DNA of 64,000 nt from Ostrea edulis (Eukaryota). The DNA is taken from NCBI RefSeq assembly GCF_947568905.1, contig NC_079169.1:4774001-4838000 (forward strand), written 5' to 3'. Both the position numbers and the translations under genes were made by a program. The notes under the pieces are model-generated. The model was not told the DNA's origin and ran no database searches. It was given only the letters and a program-made list of their open reading frames with translations. Within the stretch, counting starts at the first letter, position 1; every line of letters begins with the position of its first letter. Shown here piece after piece: positions 1 to 12,700 of the stretch.

Positions 1-617
1 TTTATTAGCTATATAATAACTAAATGTTACTGGGTGTTTAACGCAAGAGGAATTTCATAAATAATATACATGTATATTCTTAAATGAATTATAATTTACC
101 GTACTTAACCGAAATATGTTTATTACTTGGGACACGTCAATGACCATTTCATGCTTCGCTCGGTCCAACGGTCACACCGTATATACATATTAGCTAATGC
201 TACCTGAAGTAAAGTTCTACAACTCAATCATGGCTTAAGGAAAACAATCTACATAAGATTGTGACGGACGTATTATGTTTTTATATGTACCGTTTCCGAA
301 ACTATTGTATTTACTTATCTACCGTTTGAAGACGGCCAGCTCCTGCATTTTAACAAACATTAAATTATGTTTTAATAAATATTCTTTTGGTCAGGTTGGT
401 CTAAATATGTTCAGTGGTTTTTGAGAAAATTCTAAAAATGTGAAAAGTACCCTATGGTAGATACTAGTAGATCTCGATAGGAAAAGTTCATTAGAACGTT
501 TAGCCCAGGCGATTTAAGAAAACTCCTGAAATCCTTTTCCATGAACACGACTAATAGCTGATCATTACGATTATGGCGGACACGTGATGGGAACTATAAA
601 ATGAAGCATATTGCTAC

Positions 618-741
618 CTCTATCGCAGTGCTCTCTGACGCTAGCTTCGTGAACTGTACTATGTCACTGAAGAATATGGTGACACATTCTACACTCTCAG
701 GACGGATAGGGTTTCCATACTTTAAATCATGAGCTATACTT
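618..741 (-). CDS. rGC exon 17 (cyclase domain start, SIAHDLK...[22 protein letters not shown])
   Basis: Acceptor cttttgcag|A; donor GAG|gtagca; phase 2 to 0; next exon not found within 1-617. Confidence 0.95.
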
Positions 742-3700
742 CTGCAAAAGAAATTAAAAACCATTTCTACCAGAATGAAATGTCATATCCCACATTTTAA
801 ACGGTCAATATGGGCGCCGCCATTCTTTTTGTTCATTAGTTGCTTTAACATTTATTCGTGTTTTTTTAATGCCAAAAATACAGGACCTCGACGTGCAACT
901 TGTAATTCAAATATAAAATTTCATAAGAATGAATGGTATTGTTATTATTGTAGCAAATCATTAAATATTATATTTGTGCTTGAAGTACGCAATAACATTA
1001 GCACACAATATGTTAAAGAAGAATCTACATAGTAGGCAGATAAGAAGAAAAATGTATTCCTACGGAGGCAGCATTCGATGTAGAAGTTCATCTGTCTTTT
1101 TCTGTTCCTCCTCCAACTGGCGCGTGCGCTCTCCCACCAAATCCTCTAAGTGATCAGCATACTTTTCCATCATATGGACCATCTGGTCTACCAGATTGGT
1201 TGTTCTTTGAGAAACAAACGTATAATAAATCTATAGTGCAAAATGAAGTTTGGATAAAATATTCCTGAAATCACTGCTGGAATATTCCTTTCCTGTCGAA
1301 TTTGAAATATACGAGTATGTTACCTTCCATTATTTGCCTGTTTTAAAACAGATACAATGGTAGAAAAGTTGGGACGGAACATGGGGATTTCCTCCCAGCA
1401 CATCTTCATCAACTCCAATATTTTCCGGTCTGCTGTGTTTACAGAGACTTTGGGTCGAAAGGGAGGTGACTCGGAAGCTCGTACACGCCGTAAAATCTCT
1501 AAAAGCAGTAATCGATGCCAATGAATGAATTTCGTACCGTTCAAAATCTCATCAATAATATTTGATAATAATAATATTTATCTATATAGCGTCCTCTTTG
1601 ACTATGAATAACCTCTAAAGCGCTGCACACAATAAAAATGATACAGCATGTTATAAAAGTAGTAAAAAGAAATTACAATAGCATTAAGAACGATAATATC
1701 AAAACAATGCTAGCAAAACATCAATAATGTGAAGTAAAATTACTAAACTTTAAAACACGCTGTGCATTAAGAAAGTTCCACGCCGTACAATCAAATGATA
1801 TAAAATACAATAGTTGAAATAAACAAATACACTTGAAAAAGTCATGTTAAAAATGATGGTAAAGAAACCATAAAGATTTAACCACCTATAATACTAATAC
1901 TATAAAAAGATGTGTTTTAAAATGTTTTTTTTTAATGTTCAAATTCGTACAACGGCGGAGGGTATCGAGCATCTTATCTTATATATACTTACCTTATTCG
2001 TAAAAGATTTCATTTGTCCATATCAGATATGAATTAATGTTCAAGACCTATCAGTATCTGTAATTCTTAAAGACTTGATTTGATGCATAAAATGTGAAAT
2101 ACAAAATAGAACAGTGATATTGATACCATTATACTATTAAATCAAATTGCAATGTAGTGTTGAATTTTAACGTATATCAACATTCATGTATTGATATATA
2201 CTGTTTATATATCGACTAATGAAATTATATGTGATATCAGAACTAGTTGATGGTAATTTGTCTTTCCCATCCCCAAAGTACGTTTGTCATCTGTACTCAA
2301 TCATGTCATCTAGTCCAAAGTACGTTTTCCATCTGTACTCAATCATGCCATCTAGTCCTTAGTATATAGCCTTGTTTTAATATATAACCAGGGTATGAAC
2401 TTTAGTCTCATACGTTTATTGAAATAAACAGCTTATAGTGTGGTTTCAGGGGTTCGTAGAACCTCATTAAAATACTATCTTACCATGTGGTTCCATGGTT
2501 TCATTTTCATAAGGAATAGAGCGGAGAATAATTTCTTGTAGAATGATAGCAAACGCGTAAACATCTGCTTTCTGAGTTCCTTTCGGTGGTATGCACACTA
2601 GTCTAAGAAGTTCTGGAGCCAACCAAAGAAATTCTGAAAACAAATCAATGTTTCAAATTACTGATTAAAAAGTAAAGAATGGATATCGAACCTAAGGCAG
2701 TAGGCGATTCTTCAATGCATGTGCTGAATTCAATCATACATATACAGGCCTAAACGTTACCGACAACGAAACTGGTTTCTATTGTAAAAATAATGACGTG
2801 GCTACACTTGGTAACGTCTCAATATGATTACAATAAACCCCACAACCAAACAAATAATGTATGTACTTCCTAATGACGAATAAATCAGTATGATATATCA
2901 AACTATGTATTATCAGAATACCAATGCAACAGTAGAAGAACCATACAGACGGTGATATTTTATTTCTAACTGCTAGAATATCCGACATCAAAGGCAGCTT
3001 CTTATAGGGTCCTATTGTGCCAAATACGTTTTCAACAAAACAGTTCTGAAGTGTTTTTTTAACACCATGAAATATTAAAATCAAGCATTAGACAGATCAA
3101 AACAAAAGTACGTACCGCATATCCTTCTGTGTTTAATAAACCAAAAGTGATAAAAGAATTAGATAGGTTACATGAGGAATAGGTTTTGGGTCTAACTGAC
3201 AAAGCTTATAACAGCATTGCCTTTGTTTGTAAGGATCATTATTACACCTGTATTTTAAACAAACTCGGCATCAAATCCACATTTTGTAATCTTACTTATA
3301 CTCCAAATGCCTTTTGAAAAGATGAAATTCTTGAAAACCATGCTTTAGTTTTAAACACATTTGATATCCCACTCAATGTGACGAGGCAATGAGTTACTGT
3401 TCTTATACTGGATTTTAAAACTTCTCAAAAACCTTTATATAGACATAAACGAAAACAACTGTGAAGGAGAAACTCCAAACTCATTGTGTTGCAATATATG
3501 CCAGAAGTGATGTAAATCAAATGTGGATTCTAATTTTTCTAAACCAACTATTAGTAGATTTACGCCAATCAACAACATCAAAATGTATGACTTTTCTACA
3601 CTTTACACGACCATTCCTCACGATAAATTAAACACTAGACCTTTTGAAAGCATAGATACCTACTTGTTCAACAACAAGGGAAAAAGGAAAAATTCATTTC

Positions 3701-6700
3701 TAACAATCGGTCATTCAAAAAATTACTTTTCAAACCACCACTCAAGTTCTACGCTCGAGTACTTTGAAGTTGATATCAAAATGATGCTGGGATTCTTAAA
3801 TGACAATAGTTTGGTAGTATTTGGTTTATCGGGCCTTCCAAAAATCTATTGGGATTCCCATGGGCACGAATTGTGGTCCTTTATTGGCTGACATGTTTTT
3901 ATAATCTTATGAAACATAATTTATTTAAAAGCTTATCTATGAAAGATATGGAACAATGATCAATCTCATAACTCCTTCAAGGATTACAGAATAAGGAGTT
4001 GGGGAATCACGGATCCCTGGATATACCAGAGGTGGGATCAGGTGTCTACGAGGAGTAAGCATCCCCTGTCAACCGGTCACATCCGCCATAAGTCCTGTCG
4101 GATCCACTATCTGATCGATCCTGCTTAGAAACATAACAATCAGTCCTACCATTTTTCAGATAGGTGTCAAACAAGTCTAATGCTTTAATGCAAGTTTTCA
4201 TAAACTCTGGATGAAAGGTGAAGATAACAAACAGTGAACAATTTCACAACTCCTATAAGCAATACAAAATTGAGAGTTGGGCAAAAATGGATCCCCGGAT
4301 ACACATGAGGTGGGATCACAGGTGCCCAGGAAGAGCAAGTATCCCCGCCGACGGTCACAACCGCAGTCAGCCCCATATTTCGACCAGGCAAACGGAGTCA
4401 TCCGTACTTAAAATCAGTGTACCAAGAATGGCCTAATCATCGGTATGAAACACGTCAGATCCAATGATGGATTGTATTTGCAAACTAGATTGTTATAACG
4501 ACCATAGAATTTGCGAAATGCTGACTTTAAACGAGACTGTTGAAACCCCTGCACCATCAACTTGTTTGTCAGTAGCCTGCGATTTAAAAACTGATAATAT
4601 GCAAAACAAGCCCTTGCGCATCGAATCAGTTGAGATATATAAACACCATATGAGCAATTAATTTTTGAAAGACACTGAACACCAATGTTGTTGCTGCCCA
4701 TTAATTTAATGGTCGTACTATGGTAGATTTCAAATTCAGAATGGGAAGCGATGTGGATCAGTGGACGCTTGAATAGTGATTCGGGGAAGTGTAGTGTTGT
4801 CCTTAATTGTTTGGAAAGTAATAGGTGGTCCTATTTCTCTTTCGTATTTAATGTTAATCCTGATCCAGTCTACAACAGTCTTTACACTGCTTTGAGAAAA
4901 TTAAGGTGTTTACTACACACTAGTCGTTCGTCCTGTTAATAGTGTTTCTTAATTCAACAATTCCGTCTACGCTGGTCTATTTCAAAAGGGATTGATTCAG
5001 GAAGAGGTCCAGTTATTACTAGAAACACTGGAATCGTTATGGCAGTTTAGTTATTGCAAGGAATATTGAAATGCTTGATTCTGGAGGCAATCCAGTGATC
5101 GCTAGAGAGATTGGAATGCTTGATTCTGGAGGCAATCCAGTTATCGCTAGAGATATTGGAATGCTTGATTGAAGAGCAGGTCCAGTTATTGCTAGATAGA
5201 TTGGAAAGAACACCACGGGGAACATCGCACGCCTAGGAACAGTCGCGGGCAGTTAATGTAAAGACGTTTTGATTCATTTACGCACAATTTATATAATTGG
5301 CAATTTAAAGTATGTCATTTTTTTTCCAGTTTAGAATCCCCAGTTACAGAAGATGCAAGTGCTTTCTTTGTTCAATAAAAATATTGTTTCATTTGTATCA
5401 TAAATGCGCGGAGCATTTTATATAAATGCATGTATCACCACTAAAACCATACTTAATAATATCACACTTTGTCTTACACAGAACATACGTAAACTTCAAT
5501 ACTTACTAAAACCATACTTAATAATATCACATGTTGTCTTACACAGAACATATGTAAACTTCAATACTTACTAAAACCATACTTAATAATATCACACTTT
5601 GTCTTACACAGAACATACGTAAACTTCAATACTTACTAAAACCATACTTAATAATATCACACTTTGTCTTACACAGAACATACGTAAACTTCAATACTTA
5701 CTAAAACCATACTTAATAATATCACACTTTGTCTTACACAGAACATATGTAAACTTCAATACTTACTAAAACCATACTTAATAATATCACACTTTGTCTT
5801 ACACAGAACATACGTAAACTTCAATACTTACTAAAACCATACTTAATAATATCACACTTTGTCTTACACAGAACATATGTAAACTTCAATACTTACTAAA
5901 ACCATACTTAATAATATCACACTTTGTCTTACACAGAACATATGTAAACTTCAATACTTACTAAAACCATACTTAATAATATCACACTTTGTCTTACACA
6001 GAACATATGTAAACTTCAATACTTACTAAAACTTTCTGAATTTTTCTCGTCATCGCAGATTTTTGCTCCATCGCAGAACTTTGGCATTGGAAAATCCCCT
6101 ATTTTGCACATCCATCGAGAGTCAATATAGATATTGCTAGACCGTAGTTTACCATGGGATTCAATTACAGAATCATGAATGTACGCCATTCCCTGTAAAC
6201 CACAAATTAGAGGATTGGTGACAATATGACCTTGGTAATATCTGATCACCCATCTTTCTCCCTATCCCTTTCTCTATGCCCCTCTCTCACTAATAATGCA
6301 ATAATGTCTTATGTCAATATCCATCTTGGACCACGAATCAAACTGTAACCAGAGTACTTAGAATTTTTGATAGAATATGCTTCAATGTTATGTATGGCTA
6401 TCAAGGTATTTGATTGTGAGTGTATCATACAGATAACCACAGAGTCTTTAAAACAATCATGATAGGAGGTCAAACTAGAAAATATTTTGATTACTTCCAT
6501 GTGCCTTCGAGATGACCAGTAATGAAATGCATGTAAATGAAATCATAATATTGTCACACGATTGATTATTATTATTTGATTGTACAATGAGAACTTGCGT
6601 CTCTATTCATTTTTGATCAGGTTTTGTCCAATAGCTGTAAAGAAAAGGCGACTTCGATCACAGACTGGAGAAGCAAATTTTGAAGTTGAGTAACATTGAG

Positions 6701-9700
6701 TTCGATTTAAAGAGGGCTGGTCATGGTATCGTTTTATAAGCTCTAGTAATCGGTTTCGATGTTTTAAGTCATTCAATCATATAATAAAAAATCATGTCTC
6801 TTATCACTTTCGACTAGGTCCTGCACTTTAGCTGTGTACAAAAATGACCGACTAGGTATCATTTCGTAAGCTCTGTTATCCAGTTTAGATGTTTTAAATT
6901 ATTAAATTCAGTATAAAGCAATTATTAACATTTCATTTTCACGGTCAATTTGATACTTTAGCTACTCTCGAATTACAACATTCACCTCGCCCTGCGGGCT
7001 TAGGTAACTAAAACATCGTATTGGTAGAGAAATTGTCAATAATTGTATGATGTCCGACATATTCCGCATGAGGCAAAAACATTCAGCGATACTTACTTTC
7101 GCAATATCTGAAGCAAAGGAAAGTTTGAAAATGTTGTCTAGTTTTATGTTAGCATTGGACAGAACATCCAGTAAGCTCCCTTTACTGTAGTAAGTACCAA
7201 CAATGTACACATTCATAGGGTCCACACACGCTCCAACTAAAGTAAACACATTGTTGTGTTTTAATCCACGGATCTGAAATAAGCAATGTTTCTGTATGTA
7301 TTACGACATTCACAGTTTGGCATTTTATATAGGAAATTCTATTAGAATTAAACACATGGGTAAGCAGAAGTCACGTGACTACTGCTAAAATTAGAAGTCA
7401 CATGACTACTGTTAAAATTCGGAGAAGTCACATGACTACTGCTAAAATTAGGAGAAGTCACATGACTATTTCTAAAATTGTGTTGCCTTTTGGACCATTT
7501 CTCTCAAATGAATGAGATTTCTTATTTCTTCATATGTACATTTTGGTAATTCAGAATGGCTGTTTTAACGGTATCTAGAAACAAAATATTACTTTAAATG
7601 GCATTTAAAAATATGTCGTTAAACAGACCTGATTAATCTCTTGAATAATGGGTGGAGTGATTGCTATAAAAGCTTTGTTCACGAATTTAATGGCGACTAT
7701 GGAGCCCTGGTAGTTGGCAGTTTTGGTAAATATCTGGAAGGCGATGGCAGATGTATCAGTCTTCCCACTTACAGACCGTGATCGAGTAGTTCTCGTGTCA
7801 TTCAAGAAGGAGGACTGAAATAAAAACATACGAAAATAAATCACCGAACAAGAGAACTACTATTGGCATTGCAGAATTTAGGGGGTTACAACTTTAATAT
7901 CTTCAGACCAAATGTATATACTATTCATCACATCTGTATCCATTTTATCTGTGACAACCACAATTTTCATTCCCGATCAAGTTTATATGTTCGTTGAATT
8001 GTATAATCCGTCAAACCGTCTGTTCCGACACAGACTTCGTCTCCAAGAACACTTCAAATTAAACGTATTTGTCAGTATATATGGTATAATATAACAATGA
8101 GAACTAAATGTTAATTTTCCGCTAACAGAAGTGTAAACCTAGGACAGAGAGTAGACTAAACTTAATTGTAATCTTAACCTAGGGTTAGATTAGGATGTAA
8201 CATAAGTACAAGTTCAGTATCAGGATAACATTTAGGAGATTAATATTATGATTGTTACTAAAAAAAATATGATAAGAGTTAGAATTAGGGATACGATTCT
8301 AGGATTATGAATAGAGCTAAGATGCTATGATTAGAAATATGATTGTGGTTAACCTACTATGATTATGGTTAGAATTTGGAATAGGAAGCTAACATTAGGT
8401 CAATCGATATGACGCAATGTTTGATTAGGAATAGGATGTGTTAGAGTAAAGATTAGGTTAAAGATGATCCCACCTCTGGCATATTCAGGGGTCTCTGTTT
8501 CTCCAACTCTCTATTCTGAATTCCTTATGGGAGTTATGAGATTGATCACTGTTCGTTATCTTGCTAGATTTAGGGTCAGGATTAGAGGGATAGGATGCTA
8601 TAATGGTTAGGATTTGGAATATGATGGTCTCATCAGTGTTAAGATTGGGATATAAATGCTACGTTTAGGGCTAGGATTAATTATAGGGTCTTATTTTAGG
8701 GTTAGGATCAAGGCCAGTATCATATGATTAAGGTTGTAATTAGAGTTAAAATGGTATGGTTACATTGAGAATTAGGAATGAGATTCTGTGTTTAGTTTTA
8801 GGTATAGGATGATATGTGTAAGGTTAGGATTAGGGGTATGGTGCCATGATTACGGTAAGGATCTGAGCCAAGATGCTCTGATTAAGGTTGTAATTAGTGC
8901 TAAATATTAAGGATGGGTTAGTCTTAGGAATAGGGATAATATTTGGGCCAGGATGCTGTAGTGAGTTATTGAGTTGCCATGTAAAACTTATACGTTACCA
9001 ATTTTTAAGCATCAGATGCGCATTTCGACAAATAAGGTCTCTTCAGTGATGCTCAACCGAAATGTTTGAAATCCGAAATAACAATGAAGTTTTAGAGCTA
9101 CTTAAGGGGAAAACGGTGTGCCAAAAAAGTGGAGTCAAATTTGTCTAAGGATAAGAGCTATGAGTGACGGAGATAATCCTTAATTTTGAAATGAATTTCT
9201 AAATTTTGTAACAGCAATTAAATATACATCCGTATACACACACTAAATGATGCTTTACCTTACTACACACACTAAATGATGCTTTACCTTACTACACACA
9301 CTAAATGATGCTTTACCTTACTACACACACTAAATGATGCTTTACCTTACTACACACACTAAATGATGCTTTACCTTACTACACACACACAAACACACAC
9401 TCTAAATGATGCTTGATCTTACTACACACACTAAATGATGATTTACCTTACTACACACACTAAATGATACTTGATCTTACTACACACACTAAATGATGAT
9501 TTACCTTACTACACACACTAAATGATGCTTTACCTTACTACACACACTAAATGATGCTATACCTTACTACACACACTAAATGATGATTTACCTTACTACA
9601 CACACTAAATGATGATTTACCTTACTACACACACTAAATGATGCTTTATCTTACTACACACACTAAATGATGATTTACCTTACTACACACACTAAATGAT

Positions 9701-12700
9701 GCTTTACCTTACTACACACACTAAATGATGATTTACCTTACTACACACACACACATTAAATGATGCTTGATCTTACTACACACACTAAATGATGATTTAC
9801 CTTACTACACACACTAAATGATGATTTACCTTACTACACACACTAAATGATGATTTACCTTACTACACACACACACATTAAATGATGCTTGATCTTACTA
9901 TACACACTAAATGATGCTTGATCTTACTACACACACTAAATGGTGATTTACCTTACTACACACACTAAATGATGCTTTACCTTACTACACACACTAAATG
10001 ATGCTTTACCTTACTACACACACTAAATGATGCTTTACCTTACTACACACACAGAGACACACACTCTAAATGATGTTTGGTCTTACTACACACACTAAAT
10101 GATGATTTACCTTACCACACACACTAAATGATGATTTACCTTACTACACACACTAAATGATGATTTACCTTACTACACACACTAAATGATGATTTACCTT
10201 ACTACACACACTAAATGATGATTTACCTTACTACACACACTAAATGATGCTTGATCTTACTACACACACTAAATGGTGATTTACCTTACTACACACACTA
10301 AATGATGCTTTACCTTACTACACACACTAAATGATGCTTTACCTTACTACACACACTAAATGATGCTTTACCTTACTACACACACTAAATGATGCTTTAC
10401 CTTACTACACACACACACATTAAATGATGCTTGATCTTACTACACACACTAAATGATGCTTTACCTTACTACACACACTAAATGGTGATTTATCTTACTA
10501 CACACACTAAATGATGATTTACCTTACTACACACACTAAATGATGATTTACCTTACTACACACACTAAATGATGCTTTACCTTACTACACACACTAAATG
10601 ATGCTATACCTTACTATACACACTAAATGATGCTTTACCTTACTACACACACTAAATGATGATTTACCTTACTACACACACTAAATGATGCTTTACCTTA
10701 CTACACACACTATGAAATAGTTTGCCTGCACTGGTGTCCAGATCGGAAAAAGGTATTTTCCACTGCATATTTTCCATTTCTTCTTTTAGCAACCTTTTTC
10801 TACAATGAATTAATCAGAGAATCATTGTGAAAAGGTATGAAGCGACAACTAAAACACATTTTTTTCTGAGACATGTAAACAAAGCGTCACAGAAACACTT
10901 ATAAAAAGTCAAGACACCTCTATCTGAAAAAATAAAATCAAAGCAAAATGGATTAATTCATTTTTCAACTTCTTAGGTGTTATTTACTTTGGTAATCAAA
11001 AACTAGAAAATGAACGCTTAGTACTTTCGTATATGGAAGAATATGATCATCGATGCCAACAAGAGCAGGACAAGCAGCGCTGACATGGTGGATATGGAGG
11101 CAATAACATCTGTAAAAAGTAAGGTACAATGCTGATTCCAAAATTTAAAACTGATTCGAGCAGGATCATAATCAAGAATCAATATGAAGGAGAAAGAGAG
11201 GGGGAGAGCCCTTACATGTATTGGAATTAATCTCCACACAAGATTCGCCCTTCCATCCACATAACGGTCTCCCCAAAGGTGCATGCGTGCTTCCTCCTGG
11301 CCAGCGGATCGTACTATTGGTAGGGAAGATGCTTTTCTTCCTATTTTAGAAAAACAAATACAACTATCTCAACTAAATTTCTCTCTAGCTTAATGGAAGC
11401 ATAACAAGCAAAATATATTGCTTACCTGACATAACACCTTTTCGGTCGCGGTAGATCAGATGCAAGCGTTCGCTTTGTGACCGGAGGCCCCGAGCTCGAG
11501 CCCCGGTCAGTGCCATGGTCGCGTCAAATCTAAGACGTAAACATAGGTAGTGATTGCTCCTTCGTCAAACGCTCGACATGTAGAAGTGAAAATCATGGGT
11601 CTTTCGGATATTACCTTAAAACTAAGGTCCCGTGTCGCGTCAGGCTTTGGCACATAAAAGATATCCCAATACTACGGTCTCGAGCGCTAAGCATAAATAT
11701 AGATTTATAGTACTTTACATACAGCTGGTGACACGTCAATAACCTAGGAGTGAAAAAAATTATAAAATAAAACCAGTTGCGGTAGTCTGTTTTCGCTATG
11801 CAACCGGGAGGTACCAATCGTGGCGCCGCGTCAAAACTAAGACGTTTAACGTAGTTAGTGACTGCTCCTTCGTCAAACGGCCAGTATTTTAGAAGTGAAA
11901 TTCGTTTTCGGTTGGAACATTAAAACAGAGTTTCTGTGTCACGGTAGACGTTGGCACATTAAACATATCTCATTGTTACAGACATAAGGTCCGTATATAG
12001 GTCAATATTTGTGGTATCTGGTGTCGTCTCTATACAAGTGAAAAAGTCTAGAATGGGGGAAAATAGATAACTGCTTTAAATCATTATTTAGTTCAAACCA
12101 ATTATCGATGCATAGATCAAACTACAGATCGTTGGGTAACATCCTCTAAATGGTAAGAGCCGACCTATCTGATGTGGAACAACCTTAGCAAAGAATACAA
12201 GCGTATCATGACACCACGCAATTATTGTTTCATCCCATTCAAAAATGATGCGTGATCAAAAATAACACCGAATAGGGATTCTTTTTAAGATTGACAAACA
12301 AGCTTGTATACAAAGGTTTAAAAGCTTAACGTTGTTTCCATTACATCAACGCTAAATTAAGATCAGAATATGGTTCAATATTCACTGACGCGTACAATGA
12401 TTACCGCTGTCTGCCAAACAGCTACAAACATTCAACACATTGTTACCCGTCAAATGATCCAATTTCAGTGAAATCTTCGTGGTAAATGTTGAACAGTGCA
12501 AAAGTTGTTTTTCGTGTACCATTCTGATCAGTTGTAAAGCTCCCATAAGGTGCTGGAATATAAATGAGAAATAAAAAAAAAACCATCCCCGTTGTTCAGA
12601 ATTTTCTTTTTACGCTGACCAAAATAAATCGCTATTGTTGACGACGCTAAATAATGGAATGAAAACATACTTGTTATTGTCACGTTTTGCATGTTTTGGA

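Noticed and set aside
650-675. SDIVQFT instead of SDIVGFT in the cyclase domain as a sign of catalytic inactivity
   Set aside because: The metal-binding Asp is retained and this position varies among invertebrate rGCs; the rest of the active site is outside the window
2272-2358. 42-bp two-copy duplication in intron 14 (similar small duplication at 33619-33668)
   Set aside because: About 125 bp from the donor and contains no splice site; ordinary local duplication, not part of the donor-array pattern
3315-3317. In-frame TGA in the Naiad-like RT as a possible selenocysteine
   Set aside because: The fragment also has TAG stops and frameshifts, the position is not an evident Cys site, and no SECIS was seen; ordinary decay
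7880-8052. Minus-strand frame [15 protein letters not shown] resembling the post-TM motif of rGCs, suggesting a pseudogenising stop
   Set aside because: Contains stops, splice phases do not fit, and a clean exon (10697-10799) fills this position
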